The position numbers were made by a program, and so were the translations under genes. A stretch of DNA of 62,563 nt, counting the filler, from Pseudomonadota bacterium (lineage in GTDB: Bacteria; Desulfobacterota; Desulfobacteria; Desulfobacterales; JBDRRP01), in assembly GCA_043825735.1 (NCBI GenBank). It is 5 parts of 5 records of this genome, joined end to end, with 100 filler letters (N's around TTAATTAATTAA, not from the genome) between each part and the next. Parts side by side here need not be neighbours in the genome. Positions count along the whole stretch, not along the records: positions 17,116 to 35,683 come from JBDRRP010000077.1; 4 more parts are not named here. The stretch is one strand, 5' to 3'. The notes beneath the pieces are model-generated. The model made no database searches. It saw nothing but the letters and a program-made list of their open reading frames with translations, and was not told the origin of the DNA. Below are positions 19,402 through 30,481 of this stretch, in pieces. The stretch's first letter is position 1. Each line of letters starts with the position of its first letter.

Positions 19402-20943
19402 TCATTCGTAATGCGCGTCCGCACTTTCTGCCGGCTTATCCTGCCAGCCGCCGCCGAGGGCTTTGTAAAGGGCCACCAGGTTGGTGGAGACAGTGCGGGT
19501 GCTTTGCACCAGAGCGTCTTCGGTGGTATAAAGTGCGCGCTGGGCCTGCAGCACGTTCAAAAAGTCGGTTTGCCCCTCGGTATATAGCGTTTCGGATAGC
19601 GTCACGGCTTTGCGATTGGCGGCCACGGCCGCCATGAGCGCGTTGCGATGGGCCTGTTCTTTGGCTGAGGCGATCAGTGCATTTTCGACTTCCTGCAGGG
19701 CGGTTAATACGGTCTGCTGATAGGCAATGATCTCCTGCTCCTGCAAGGCCTTTTGCAGCTCCACACCGGCGCGGATCCGGCCGGTCTCAAACAGACGCCA
19801 GCGCACCGATGGACCGAAAGACCAAAAGCGGTTGGCCCAGTCGAACCACGAACTGAAATCGCTGGATTGAAAGCCGGTGGAACCGGCGATGGTGAACTTG
19901 GGGAACAGCTCGGCCGCAGCTACGCCGATGCGCGCCGTGGCCGCATGGATCCGGGCTTCGACCCTGCGGATGTCCGGTCGACGGCGCAGCAGTTCCGACG
20001 GCACACCGGCAGGCACCTGCGGCGGGGATCCCGGAATGGTTCCGACCGGAGATAATTCCGCTCTCAAAGCCGCCGGCGGGGCGCCCAAAAGGACACTGAG
20101 GCTGTGGATCGCCTGTTGGGTTGAAGACTCCAGCAGGGGGATCTGGGCGGAAGTGGTGGCGGTTTGGGCCTCGGCGTTGGCCACGTCCAGTCCGCTGACA
20201 AATCCGCCCTCGAAGCGTTGGCGGGTCAATAGAGCGCTGTGTTCCTGGGTCGCCAGGTTCTGCCGGGTAATGGCGATTTGCTGCTGAAAGGTGCGCAGGT
20301 TGATGTAGTTGCGTGCCACCTCGGCCGTCAAGGTCACAAGGACGTCCCGATGCGTTTCGACGGCGGCTTGCAGATCGGCTTCGGCGGCTTCCAGATTGCG
20401 CCGCTGTCCGCCGAAAAGATCGATTTCCCAGCCGGCGTCAAAGCCGGCCTGGTATTGATTATCGGTAGCCGCACCGGTTCGATTTCCGGCGGAAGAGCGG
20501 TTGCGTTGATAAGCACCCGAGGCGTCGAGCGTCGGGCCCAGGCCCCCTGCGGCCACGCTTTTGGCTGCACGGGCCTGGCGAATGCGGGCCTCGGCCAGTT
20601 TAAGATCAAGATTGGAGGCGGCCGCCCTTTCTACCAGTGACGTTAAAATCGGATCTTGAAAAACGGTCCACCAGTCTGCCAATTTATTATCATCAGATGC
20701 CGACGCCAGGCGTGAGGATTCCGCAGTGGAAGCGGCCCAGTCGGCGGGCACCGTCACCTGTGGGCGCTGGAAGTCAGGACCCATCATACAGCCGGATAAC
20801 AAGGCCAGGCTGAGCCCGGCCATCAGGGCCAGAGAAGGTCTCGCAGCGTGCCATAACCGCAGGCTTCCTGGAAATGTGCTGAGAGACTTTTTCGACGAGT
20901 TTTTAAAAATGGCCGATGGCCGATGGCCAATGACCAATGTCAA
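19402..20943 (-). CDS. Outer-membrane efflux lipoprotein (NodT/OprM family); true start probably downstream of the ORF start
   Basis: LLSGC lipobox + GPDF, WEIDLFG, PSELLRRRPDI, LYKALGGGW. Confidence 0.9.
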   Translation of the reverse strand: MTLVIGHRPSAIFKNSSKKSLSTFPGSLRLWHAARPSLALMAGLSLALLSGCMMGPDFQRPQVTVPADWAASTAESSRLASASDDNKLADWWTVFQDPILTSLVERAAASNLDLKLAEARIRQARAAKSVAAGGLGPTLDASGAYQRNRSSAGNRTGAATDNQYQAGFDAGWEIDLFGGQRRNLEAAEADLQAAVETHRDVLVTLTAEVARNYINLRTFQQQIAITRQNLATQEHSALLTRQRFEGGFVSGLDVANAEAQTATTSAQIPLLESSTQQAIHSLSVLLGAPPAALRAELSPVGTIPGSPPQVPAGVPSELLRRRPDIRRVEARIHAATARIGVAAAELFPKFTIAGSTGFQSSDFSSWFDWANRFWSFGPSVRWRLFETGRIRAGVELQKALQEQEIIAYQQTVLTALQEVENALIASAKEQAHRNALMAAVAANRKAVTLSETLYTEGQTDFLNVLQAQRALYTTEDALVQSTRTVSTNLVALYKALGGGWQDKPAESADAHYE

Positions 20944-21028
20944 ACAAGGTTTTTGTCCTTTTAAACTGGTTTGATGTTTTTTGCAGCCGGATCAAGGGTA
21001 ATCGAAATATCCATGTCGCAAAAAGTGA

Positions 21029-22397
21029 TCATTCGTAACGCAAGGCCTCAATGGGATCCAGCAGCGAGGCTTTCCAAGCCGGATAGAATCCGAAGACAAT
21101 GCCGACGGCGGCCGAGACCAGCACGGCAGCGACAATGGCCGTAAAAGAGGTTTCTACCGGCCAACGCAGCAACAGGCGCACCAAGTGCGAGCCACCGTGG
21201 CCCAGCAGGATGCCCAAGGCCCCGCCTACCAGGCAGAGGACCACGGCTTCCACCAGGAACTGCCGCAGGATGTCACGGCTGCGGGCCCCGACCGCCATGC
21301 GCAGGCCGATCTCGCGGGTCCGTTCCGTGACCGAAACCAGCATGATGTTCATGATTCCCACCCCGCCCACCACCAGAGAGATCATGGCCACGCAGAGCAA
21401 AAGATTGGTCATCAAGGTCGTGGTCGCTGAAAGGGTGTTGGATATCTCCGTCATGTCGCGGAGACTGAAATCGTCCGGTTCGCCCGGGCGAATGCGATGT
21501 CGCTCGCGCAGCGCCGTGGTGATCTGCCGTATGGCGGCGGGAATTTCATCGGTGCTTCGCGCCGCCGCCAGAATATGATCGATATTGGCGAAGCGCACCG
21601 GCATGGGATTGTCGGCGGCCTGGATCTCCGACCTTTCCGGGTAGAGGCTGGGCTGGCCGCCTGGGTAGAGATTGCTCAGCGTGTTCACCGAGCTGCTTGA
21701 GGAACTGCCGGCAGCGCTCTGGTTGGTGTTTTCGAGCGTGGAGCCCGTCACCCGGTACTTGATCGTGGACCATGGCGCCAGGATGACGTCGTCCTGGTCC
21801 ATACCCATCATGTTGGCGCCTTTGCGGCCGAGCACGCCCACAACCCGGAAGGCTACGTTCTTGATGCGGATCTCCCTTCCTACCGGCGATTCTCCTTGAA
21901 ACAGCTCACGCACCAGAGTCTGTCCCAACAGGCAGACCTTGTTGGCGTTTAGGACGTCCCGATCGGTAAAGAGTTCCCGCGCCCATGGTCCAGTTCTGCA
22001 CGTCCAGAAATGCCGGCGTGACGCCGTAAATAAACGTCGGGACCCAGTTGCGGCTGCCGTAAACCACCTGGGCCCTGGTATGGACGAGGGGAGCGGCGTT
22101 GCGAATGGACGGGCATTCCCGCAGAATGGCCTCGCAGTCTTCGGGCGTGAGGGTCGTGGCGCTGCCCGATCCGAAGGTCACACCGCCGCTTGAGGCCGCA
22201 CCGGGACTCAGATTCAGGACATTGGCCCCCATGCTGGAAATCGCCTTGCGGATGGCCCCCGAGGAGCCGGCGCCAATCTCCATCATAGCGATGACGGCAC
22301 CGACACCGATCACGATGCCCAATGTCGTCAGCATAGCCCGCATCGGGTTGCGTCGCAGAGCCTTCATGGCCGTTCGAACCGTGCGATAGATCTTCAT
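21029..22397 (-). pseudogene. MacB-type ABC permease, frameshifted near 21975-21985
   Basis: LTTLGIVIGVGAVI in ORF 21906-22433 continues as FTDRDV..KVCLLGQT..GGVGIMNIMLVSVTERTREIG..DPIEALRYE in another frame. Confidence 0.82.
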
Positions 22398-23155
22398 TTT
22401 GCGTCTTCCCTTTTTGCCGATGGCTGCTCGCACGCTAGCTGAGAAGCAAGCAGCCCCCCAGGGTCGCCCAAAGCACCGTCAACGATCACACCGTCGTGGA
22501 TGTGGATGACGCGACCGGCACACCGGGCCACCATGGCGTCGTGGGTGACCACGATGATGGTGATAGCTTCTGTTTGATTGAGCTGCTGGAACATGTCTAG
22601 AACTTCTTTGCTGGTGCGCGAGTCGAGGTTGCCGGTAGGCTCGTCGGCGAACAGCAATGACGGGCGGTTGATCAGGGCCCGGGCGATGGCCACCCGCTGC
22701 TGCTGGCCGCCGGAAAGCCGCGAAGGTTCATAATTTAGGCGGTCCTGCAGCCCGACGCGGCCAAGAATCTCTGCGGCCCGCTGCCGGGCATCACGCTCGG
22801 AAATATTGCCGGCGGCGTACGACAACGGCATGGCCACGTTATCCAGGGCGCTGGTACGCGGCAGCAGGTTGAAGTTCTGAAAAACAAATCCCAACTTGCG
22901 GTTGCGCAGCAGGGCGCGCTGGTCGGCGGGGAGCCGCGACACTTCTTCCCCGTCGAGCCGATAGGTTCCCGAATCGGGTCGATCAAGGCACCCCAGAATG
23001 TTCATCAGGGTGCTTTTACCCGATCCGGACGTACCCATCAGAGCGACCATTTCACCGCGGGCCACCGTCAGCGAGACGCCCTTGAGCACGGGTACGGCGA
23101 TGTCGCCCATTTGATAGGTTTTGTAAATGTCGTGCAGCTTGACGATAGGTTCCAT
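22394..23155 (-). CDS. MacB/LolD-type ABC ATP-binding protein
   Basis: [36 protein letters not shown]. Confidence 0.92.
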   Translation of the reverse strand: MEPIVKLHDIYKTYQMGDIAVPVLKGVSLTVARGEMVALMGTSGSGKSTLMNILGCLDRPDSGTYRLDGEEVSRLPADQRALLRNRKLGFVFQNFNLLPRTSALDNVAMPLSYAAGNISERDARQRAAEILGRVGLQDRLNYEPSRLSGGQQQRVAIARALINRPSLLFADEPTGNLDSRTSKEVLDMFQQLNQTEAITIIVVTHDAMVARCAGRVIHIHDGVIVDGALGDPGGLLASQLACEQPSAKREDAK

Positions 23156-23186
23156 AGCTATATTGTTCCGACCTGGTCCGAATGCA

Positions 23187-24546
23187 TCAGCGCGATCCTT
23201 CACTTCGGCTGCGTCGCAGGAACTGCGGCGTGAATGGATTTTTGGCATCGGCCGGCGCGGCTTTTTGGCTCTGGATGCCGGTAACGACCGTCCGACCATC
23301 GGTCAGGTCCTGGCCTTGGACCTGGGTCACTGCGCCGTCGCTCAACCCGACGCGCACCGTTACAGGGCGCACGTATTGTCCCTCCAGCGACCAGATGACG
23401 CCACGGTCGATTCCAGCGGGCGCCTGGTCAGCCTTTACTCCGGGCTGCCGGCCTTGATCGACTTTCGGTCTGTTTTGATCGGGCTGTTGGAGCGCTTTGC
23501 GGAAAACGGGCGCAATCTGCTCGGTCTTGGGCTCCCAGTGCAAGGCGGCGTTGGGTACCAGCAGGACATTGCTGAGGTGCTGCAACTCGAACTGCACATT
23601 GGCAGTCAGGTAAGGCAGCAGACGTTTGTCCGTGTTGTCGGTGACGATTTCCACGGTGTAGGTGACCACGTTCTGGGTCATGGCAGCATTCAGCCGCACT
23701 TTGCCCACCGTACCCTGGAAGGTTTCACCGGGGAAGGCATCCACGGTGAAGGTCACCGGCTGGCCGGGATGAATCTTGCCGATATCGGCTTCATTGACCG
23801 CAACCCAGACCTGCATGCGGGTCAGATCCTTGGCAATCAAAAACAGACTGGGAGCGTTGAGGCTCGCCACTACGGTCTGACCGATGTTGACACGCCGGTC
23901 GATGATGACCCCTTTGACCGGTGAGATGATCGTACAGTAGCCCAGGTTACGCAGGGCGCGTTGCAGCACTGCCTGGGTCTGGGCGGCCGGCCCTGGCCTG
24001 CAGGATGGCCCCTTCGCCCACAGCAACGTTGGCCTTGGCGATCTCATAGGTCGACTGATAGGCATCGTAGCTGGCCTGGGCCAAGGCCTCGGAAGGGCCT
24101 ATCTTTTGGGCGCGTTGCCAGTCGCGTTCGGCCTGGCGGAGTCTGGCCTTCAACTGGTCCAGGTCGGCTTCGGCGCGTTGCAGGCCGGCTTTGGCGGACT
24201 GGACCTGGGCTCCGGCACCGGCGGCCTCGGCTGAATAGAGCGAGTTGTCGATGCGGGCCAGGACGGTTCCTGCGGCTACCACGGAGCCATAATCCACAGT
24301 CTTTCCGTTGACATCCTGGCCGAAAGACAGAATCTGACCGGCAACCTGGGCACCCACATCGATCACTTCTTCCGGTTCCACCGTGCCGGTGGCGCTGATG
24401 GTGACACGCAAGTCGCCGCGGGTTACCTGTACCGTGCGAAAGACGTCCGTACCTCCGTTGCCGCCTTTCTGATACCAGGCGGTTGTTGCGCCGATCAGTC
24501 CCAGGACGATCAGCGCCGCGATGGCTTTTTTGATCACAGGTTTCAT
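23187..24546 (-). pseudogene. MacA-type periplasmic adaptor, frameshifted near 23985
   Basis: SATGTVEP..VGAQVAG in one frame; CTIISPVKGVII..GQTVVAS..VNEADIG in another. Confidence 0.82.
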
Positions 24547-24588
24547 GACTGCCCTCTGTTCATGACAGGATGCTGCCTCCATCCAAAG

Positions 24589-25266
24589 TTAGGCGTGTTC
24601 AGTGCTTGCCGCGGTTTCCATCCGGTTTCGGACCGCGCGGATGCCTGCCAAACTGAAGCGTGTCACGTGGTCCACCAGCGTTTCCAAATCCTCTAAGATC
24701 CATTCAGGGCCCGATGGCAGCGGATCCGGCGAAGCCATCTTGCGACGCCGCTCGTGCATCAGCGGACCGAAACACTGGGCGCGGATACTCATGAGGCAAA
24801 GCCGAACCGGTTGTTCGTCGGCCTGTTGCCCCAACAGCTCCCGGACGATGGCGGCAAAGTCTCGAAAAATCGGCTCTATCGACTGCTGCATAGCGCCGGC
24901 CAGCAAGCCCGTCGGGGTGGCCATTTCTTTGTAAAAAATGTCCAACTCGTGGCTTTGGGGATCGATGATCCGCCGCATGATGGCCAGAATCCGCCCCCGC
25001 AGCCGCTCTTGGACCGGGGCATCCGCAGCCACGCCTCCGTCCGGCGGATAGGCCTGCAAGGACTTTTCAAAGGCAAAGCGCCAACTTTCCACGTAAAGGG
25101 ATTCCTTGCCGCCAAAGTGATAATTTGCGGCCGCCACGTTGGCCTTGGCCTGGCGGCAAATCTCCGCGATGGTGGCATCCCGGAAGCCCCTTTTGGCAAA
25201 AACTTCACACGCGGCCATCAGCAGGTGCCGGCGTGTTTCCTGCCCATCGATGCGTTGCTTTCTCAT
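24589..25266 (-). CDS. TetR family regulator (CecR/YbiH-like)
   Basis: FAKRGFRDATIAEIC..A.ANVAA.NYHFGGKE.LY HTH; heads the efflux operon. Confidence 0.88.
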   Translation of the reverse strand: MRKQRIDGQETRRHLLMAACEVFAKRGFRDATIAEICRQAKANVAAANYHFGGKESLYVESWRFAFEKSLQAYPPDGGVAADAPVQERLRGRILAIMRRIIDPQSHELDIFYKEMATPTGLLAGAMQQSIEPIFRDFAAIVRELLGQQADEQPVRLCLMSIRAQCFGPLMHERRRKMASPDPLPSGPEWILEDLETLVDHVTRFSLAGIRAVRNRMETAASTEHA

Positions 25267-25582
25267 CAAGGATCTCCGTTTGAATTAAGTCAAATATCTA
25301 TTTAAAGTAATAATTAGAATTGGTCAAGATCTTTTTACGGCGTCTGGCAGGGTCCCCGGCCTTGCAGTGTGCATAAACGGGATGACTTGTCTGTTTTTAA
25401 GGTTTGAATAAAACGTTTCTTTGCATTTTCCAAATCTTCCTTAACGATGATATCGTGCCATTTTATTTTTTGTCTTTACATTTTAGTGAAAATCAATTAA
25501 ACACCTTTTTTGCTTTTTTTCAGGGTATATTTTAAATTACCTTGAGGCATTGCTAAAAAGAAATATCACAGGAGATCACTCT

Positions 25583-25786
25583 ATGGAAACATGTGCCAAT
25601 CATCCGGAAACGGAGACCCCATTTGTTTGCGCCAAATACAACACATACATGTGCGTTGAATGCCTTCGCTGCCGTGATCCGGAGATTTACTGTAAATACC
25701 GCCCGTCATGTCCCGTACACTTTATCCACAAACATACAACCTCCTGGAACGACGAGAGCAACGAAAAAATAGCCTCAACCCTATAA
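25583..25786 (+). CDS. Small Cys/His-rich protein (B-box-like zinc binder)
   Basis: AGGAG RBS, CxxH..C..CxxC..C..C..C pattern, followed by a terminator. Confidence 0.65.
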   Translation: METCANHPETETPFVCAKYNTYMCVECLRCRDPEIYCKYRPSCPVHFIHKHTTSWNDESNEKIASTL

Positions 25787-25811
25787 TAACGATAAGTGGT
25801 TAAAAAGAGCC

Positions 25812-25841
25812 AAGCCGGGTCCTTTGGACCCGGCTTTTTTT
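25812..25841 (+). terminator. Intrinsic (probably bidirectional) terminator
   Basis: AAGCCGGGTCC-TTT-GGACCCGGCTT followed by a T run, between convergent genes. Confidence 0.85.
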
Positions 25842-25872
25842 ACTATCGTGGTTACAGTATATTTTCGATTTT

Positions 25873-26694
25873 TCATGAAATGTTTGGGTTATAGGTTATG
25901 CCTGCCTTGGCGTACAAATCGAAAAAGTGGTGGGTCGGGCCATAACCTTTGCCGATGTCGAGGGCATGTTCTATGGCACCGCTGATATAGGTTTTGGCAA
26001 GCGTTACGGCTTCGAAGAAAGTGTTACCTAAGGCCAGATTCGCCGCGATGGCCGCAGAAAAGGTGCAGCCGGTACCATGGGTATTTTTAGTTTTTACCCG
26101 GCGGTGTTGCAGCCTTCTGGATTCGATGCCGTCGCAGAGAACATCCGTGGCAGTGTCTTCTCCCAGATGACCGCCCTTGATAACGACTTTAGGGGCACCT
26201 AACTGTAAAATCTCAACGGCCGCGGCTTCCATGTCGCCAAGATTTCTGATGGACCTGCCGGTGAGCGCTTCGGCTTCATAGATGTTGGGAGTGACGATTT
26301 CAGACAGGGGGAAAAGGTAGTTGACCAGAGCGTCCTGGGCGTTTTGGTTCAACAATCGATAGCCGCTTTTGGAAATCATTACCGGATCGAGCACCACTGC
26401 CGGAGGATTTACACTCTTGAGCGCAGCGGCAATGCATTCAATTAGTTCAATATTTGAAACCATGCCGATTTTGACGGCATGGATATCGATATCATCGAAC
26501 AGACAGCGTATCTGGTCGTAAACGATCTTGGGCGGTAGCTCAAAAACATCATAGACTTTGCGGGTGTTCTGTACGGTAACGGCAGTAATAGCGCTCATGC
26601 CGTAAACGCCGTGGGCCTGAAAAGTTTTTAAATCCGCCTGAATTCCGGCGCCGCCGGAAGAATCCGAGCCGGCAATGGTCAGCGCAACTTTCAT
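25873..26694 (-). CDS. thiD: Hydroxymethylpyrimidine/phosphomethylpyrimidine kinase
   Basis: LTIAGSDSSGGAGIQADLKTF, VKIGM, DPVM, TPN..EA, KGGH, THGTGCT. Confidence 0.95.
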   Translation of the reverse strand: MKVALTIAGSDSSGGAGIQADLKTFQAHGVYGMSAITAVTVQNTRKVYDVFELPPKIVYDQIRCLFDDIDIHAVKIGMVSNIELIECIAAALKSVNPPAVVLDPVMISKSGYRLLNQNAQDALVNYLFPLSEIVTPNIYEAEALTGRSIRNLGDMEAAAVEILQLGAPKVVIKGGHLGEDTATDVLCDGIESRRLQHRRVKTKNTHGTGCTFSAAIAANLALGNTFFEAVTLAKTYISGAIEHALDIGKGYGPTHHFFDLYAKAGITYNPNIS

Positions 26695-27296
26695 GATTGT
26701 ATCCTTTGGTTTCCTCCAAAATCTTTCTTCTTCTGTAAAAAAACGGTTCCGGAAATCCACTCATAAATTTTTATCATGGTAAAATCACCATAACACGACT
26801 TTGGGTATGAGTAAAATAAAGTCGGCATGATTTTAACCATTAACAGAAAAGTTTGAAGTATCGTTTTGATATTCCTCAATTCTAAGTTTTTGATGCCAGT
26901 GAAGATGGATAGCCGTAGATGGCTTCAGTATGTCGAGACTGAAGAATCCGTATCGTATTCTGATATTTTCTGAAGCTGTAAGAGTTGCGATTGGCTAACG
27001 TAATTTTGAACTTTTAACCGCTGCCATAAAACAATTGATCAAAAGCAGGTATCGCAAATTATCGTTCCAGAGGCCAGATCGCAAGATATGGGATTTTACG
27101 ACTTTAGACCAGACCTGTATCTGATGGTAAGCCAAATGAGATACACATTACGTATCGTTGAAGTTAAAGAATTTTACAGCACCTGACCAACATAGCAGGT
27201 AACACCACTAAAGGCACCGGATATGTTTGGATACAAGGCCTAACTCAAAATAATTTTCACAACATGCTCAGATTTATTTGTTCCTATCCTAAAAAT

Positions 27297-27983
27297 CTAA
27301 GAACTGCGCACGCATTGAAAACCTTCGCCCAAATCACACGCTACACAGAAACCCGGTGTTTTTTCTGCGAATGGCATTTTTGCTTCGCATTGCCCGCACA
27401 GACGTTCTTGCCCGCGCTTCATCGGTCCGCTACAAGGAACGATGGTCATGGGGCAGACATCGAGACATGTACCGCATTGCCTGCAGAGTTCGGAACGCAC
27501 GCCAAAAGGAGAATCCACGCGACGATCCTTGCCGCGCCCGACAAAGCCAATTGCCTTTACCCCATAGTGTCCCGTGCATGCGCGAACACAACGGCCGCAT
27601 AAAACACAGTCATTGTTTCTGAACGGATAGCGAACTTCCTTCACGCCACAACGCACGGCAATGTCCTGAATCGCACGGGAGTTAGGCGCTTCGGCAACGA
27701 GCAGCTCTGCAATATTGCGTCGCAGTTTCCTGATTTTTTCGGTATGGCTCCAGATTACCATACCTTCTTTCACGAGCAGGGTGCAGGACGTCGTAATTTT
27801 AGACCTGCCATTGTCAGCATGCTCTACGATGCAAAGGCGACATGCACCAATATCTGAAACATATTGGAGATGACACAGATGAGGGATGCAGATGCCGTAT
27901 CCAAGAGCCGCATCAAGCACGCTTGATCCTTTGGCCGCTCGAATGTTGGCACCATCAATAGTTATCGTCACATGTGGAGTCAT
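27297..27983 (-). CDS. NuoG-N-terminal/BamI-like Fe-S protein ([2Fe-2S] + 2x[4Fe-4S]), no catalytic domain
   Basis: IPHLC..GACRLCIV..SC, CVLCGRCVRAC, CRQCGTCLDVCP, plus extra C-terminal Cys pairs. Confidence 0.8.
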   Translation of the reverse strand: MTPHVTITIDGANIRAAKGSSVLDAALGYGICIPHLCHLQYVSDIGACRLCIVEHADNGRSKITTSCTLLVKEGMVIWSHTEKIRKLRRNIAELLVAEAPNSRAIQDIAVRCGVKEVRYPFRNNDCVLCGRCVRACTGHYGVKAIGFVGRGKDRRVDSPFGVRSELCRQCGTCLDVCPMTIVPCSGPMKRGQERLCGQCEAKMPFAEKTPGFCVACDLGEGFQCVRSS

Positions 27984-27994
27984 ATTATACCTCG

Positions 27995-29848
27995 TTAGTT
28001 AACTTGAATGGCTTCAAAAGTGCATTCACTTCTACAGATCCCGCATTTCTGGCAGATCTGCAGTTCAATTTTATGAACTTTCTTTCTTGCACCTTTAATA
28101 GAATTGTAAGGACATTCGCGCTTGCAAATCCCGCAACCTGTGCACTTTTCAGGATCAATTGTGTATGTGATCAACGCCTGGCACACGCCGGCTGGGCAGT
28201 GGTTTTGGTTAATGTGTGCATCGTATTCCTTGCGGAAATAGCGCAAGGTGGAGAGCACGGGATTCGCTGCCGTCTTGCCTAACGCGCACAGCGCTGTTTC
28301 ACTGACCGTGTACGCCAACTCTTCCAAGAGACGTATTTGTTCGGGGTTGCCCCGACCTTCGGTGATATCAGTGATGATTTCCAACATGCGGCTGATGCCC
28401 AAGCGACAGGGCACACACTTGCCGCATGATTCGTCCTGCAAAAAAGTGAGAAAATACTTGGCTATATCTACCATGCAGGTCTCTTCATCCATCACCACAA
28501 TGCCGCCGGAGCCTATCATCGAACCTGCTTCGGCAAGTGCATCAAACTCCACAGGAAGATCAAATTTATCTACAGGAAGGCATCCTCCGGAGGGCCCGCC
28601 GGTCTGAACCGCTTTAACAGGCTTGCCTGTTGCACTTCCACCGCCGATATCGAACACAACGGTCTTAAGCAGAGTCCCCATTGCGATCTCGACCAACCCT
28701 GTGTTTTTGATACGACCGGTCAGTGCGAGGATTTTGGTTCCTTTGCTGGTTTTGGATCCTTTAGAAGCATACCAGGCTGAACCGTTTAGGATTATAGAAG
28801 GAACATTGGCCCATGTTTCGACATTATTCAGTGTGGTTGGTTTGTGCCAAAGACCGTCAACCACGGTATGGATGTCTTTTGGCCGCGGTTCACCGACTTT
28901 ACCTTCCAGAGAAGCCATGAGCGCAGTCGATTCACCACAAACAAAAGCGCCTCCGCCCCGGGCGATATCAACGTCAAAAGAGAATGAAGATCCCAATATA
29001 TTCTCACCCAGAAGCCCCCGTTCGCGAGCTTGCTGAACAGCCACTTGCGCATGTTTTACCGCCAAAGGGTATTCGTTTCGAACGTAAACATAGCCTTGAC
29101 CAGCACCAATTGCCCATGCACCGATCATCATTCCTTCGAGAACCAGGTGCGGATTACCCTCCAGTACACAACGATCCATGTAGGCACCGGGATCTCCTTC
29201 GTCTGCGTTGCATATAACATACTTTTCATCGCCGGGCGCCTCCTGGCAGGCAGCCCACTTGCGGCCGGTGGGAAAGCCGCCCCCGCCCCGTCCTCTTAAA
29301 CCAGAGGCCTTGATCTCGTCGACAACCGACTGTGGTGTCATCCCAAAAAGGGTTTTCGCAAGCGCCGAATATCCGCCGATAGCAATGTAGTCTTCGATAG
29401 CGCATGGATCAACCTGTCGATTTAGGGCCAGTAGCTGACGGTCCTGGGCACGGTAGAAGGGAATTTCCGCCTCGGTCTGAATCGTTTTGCCGGATACCGG
29501 ATTCTTGTAAAGCAATCGTTCGATAATTTCGCCTTCACAGACGGTTTTGGTAATGATATCGTGGGCGTCGTCAGGCAAAACATGACAATAGAATGTATTG
29601 CCCGGGTCTACGATAACAATAGGGCCCTGCTCACAGAAACCGTGGCATCCGGTGGTGCGCACTTGGACCCTCTTTTCCAACCCCTGTTTAACCAGTTCGT
29701 TTTTGACTGTATCGATTAGGATTTGGCAGCGTGATGCTTGACACCCGGTCCCGCCGCATAAAACAAGTGTTGTCTGGAATTTTTTGCGGTTATTTTGAAG
29801 CTTCGTCCGAAGGGCTTCCAGCTTTCTGATCGTGTTGATCTTAGTCAT
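27995..29848 (-). CDS. NuoF/HydB/BamH-like FMN/NADH-binding subunit
   Basis: LRGRGGGGFPTG.KW, NADEGDPGAYMDR, GAFVCGE, GGPSGG, ESCGKCVPCR, N-terminal thioredoxin-like Fe-S, C-terminal 2x[4Fe-4S]. Confidence 0.9.
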   Translation of the reverse strand: MTKINTIRKLEALRTKLQNNRKKFQTTLVLCGGTGCQASRCQILIDTVKNELVKQGLEKRVQVRTTGCHGFCEQGPIVIVDPGNTFYCHVLPDDAHDIITKTVCEGEIIERLLYKNPVSGKTIQTEAEIPFYRAQDRQLLALNRQVDPCAIEDYIAIGGYSALAKTLFGMTPQSVVDEIKASGLRGRGGGGFPTGRKWAACQEAPGDEKYVICNADEGDPGAYMDRCVLEGNPHLVLEGMMIGAWAIGAGQGYVYVRNEYPLAVKHAQVAVQQARERGLLGENILGSSFSFDVDIARGGGAFVCGESTALMASLEGKVGEPRPKDIHTVVDGLWHKPTTLNNVETWANVPSIILNGSAWYASKGSKTSKGTKILALTGRIKNTGLVEIAMGTLLKTVVFDIGGGSATGKPVKAVQTGGPSGGCLPVDKFDLPVEFDALAEAGSMIGSGGIVVMDEETCMVDIAKYFLTFLQDESCGKCVPCRLGISRMLEIITDITEGRGNPEQIRLLEELAYTVSETALCALGKTAANPVLSTLRYFRKEYDAHINQNHCPAGVCQALITYTIDPEKCTGCGICKRECPYNSIKGARKKVHKIELQICQKCGICRSECTFEAIQVN

Positions 29849-30323
29849 CTGAAGTTTCCTCCGTTCCGCGTTTACTAAGTGACGTAATTAGTTTGCGTAT
29901 CTTTCCGGGTGTCATGTGGTGATGGCATGATCCGTTTTCAGTAACGATTGGTGCAAGTGCACAAGCGCCAAGGCAGTTCACATGTTCAATCGTAAAAAGT
30001 CCGTCTTGGGTTATTTCTTTGGGCGCAACCCCGAGTTGACCGACTGCCTGGTTGAGAATCATTTTTGCGCCGCGCACATGACATGCTGTGCCCGTGCATA
30101 CGGTGATTACGTTTTTTCCACGCGGTTTCAATGCAAAAGCCTTGTAAAAAGAAGCAACGCTGTATACTTCCATGATTGGTACGCCCAGTTCACTTGATAT
30201 GATCTTCATGGATTCTTCAGGGATATAACCATAATGTTCCTGTGTGTCCTGCAGCACCTCTATGAGTTGATGAGGTTGGCTCCGACGTCCTTCTAAGATT
30301 GAATCAAGTGTGGCATGCAGCAT
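29841..30323 (-). CDS. NuoE/HydC/BamG-like [2Fe-2S] subunit
   Basis: VASFY, VCTGTACHVRG, CLGACALAP; AAGGAGG RBS. Confidence 0.9.
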   Translation of the reverse strand: MLHATLDSILEGRRSQPHQLIEVLQDTQEHYGYIPEESMKIISSELGVPIMEVYSVASFYKAFALKPRGKNVITVCTGTACHVRGAKMILNQAVGQLGVAPKEITQDGLFTIEHVNCLGACALAPIVTENGSCHHHMTPGKIRKLITSLSKRGTEETSDD

Positions 30324-30481
30324 AAGAACCTCCTTAGGTTGGTATTGTTTTTGATTGACAATATAAGCCGGCATGAATTAAGTAAATACGATTAAAATGC
30401 ACTTATATTGCCTATAAAGTATGGGCATTAAATATGCCAAATTAATACCCATATACTGCATATCTATAATAGGTAGGATTT

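Noticed and set aside
26880..27200. Possible transposase or gene remnant in AT-rich spacer
   Set aside because: No recognisable motif or terminal repeat by eye; would need a translated search.
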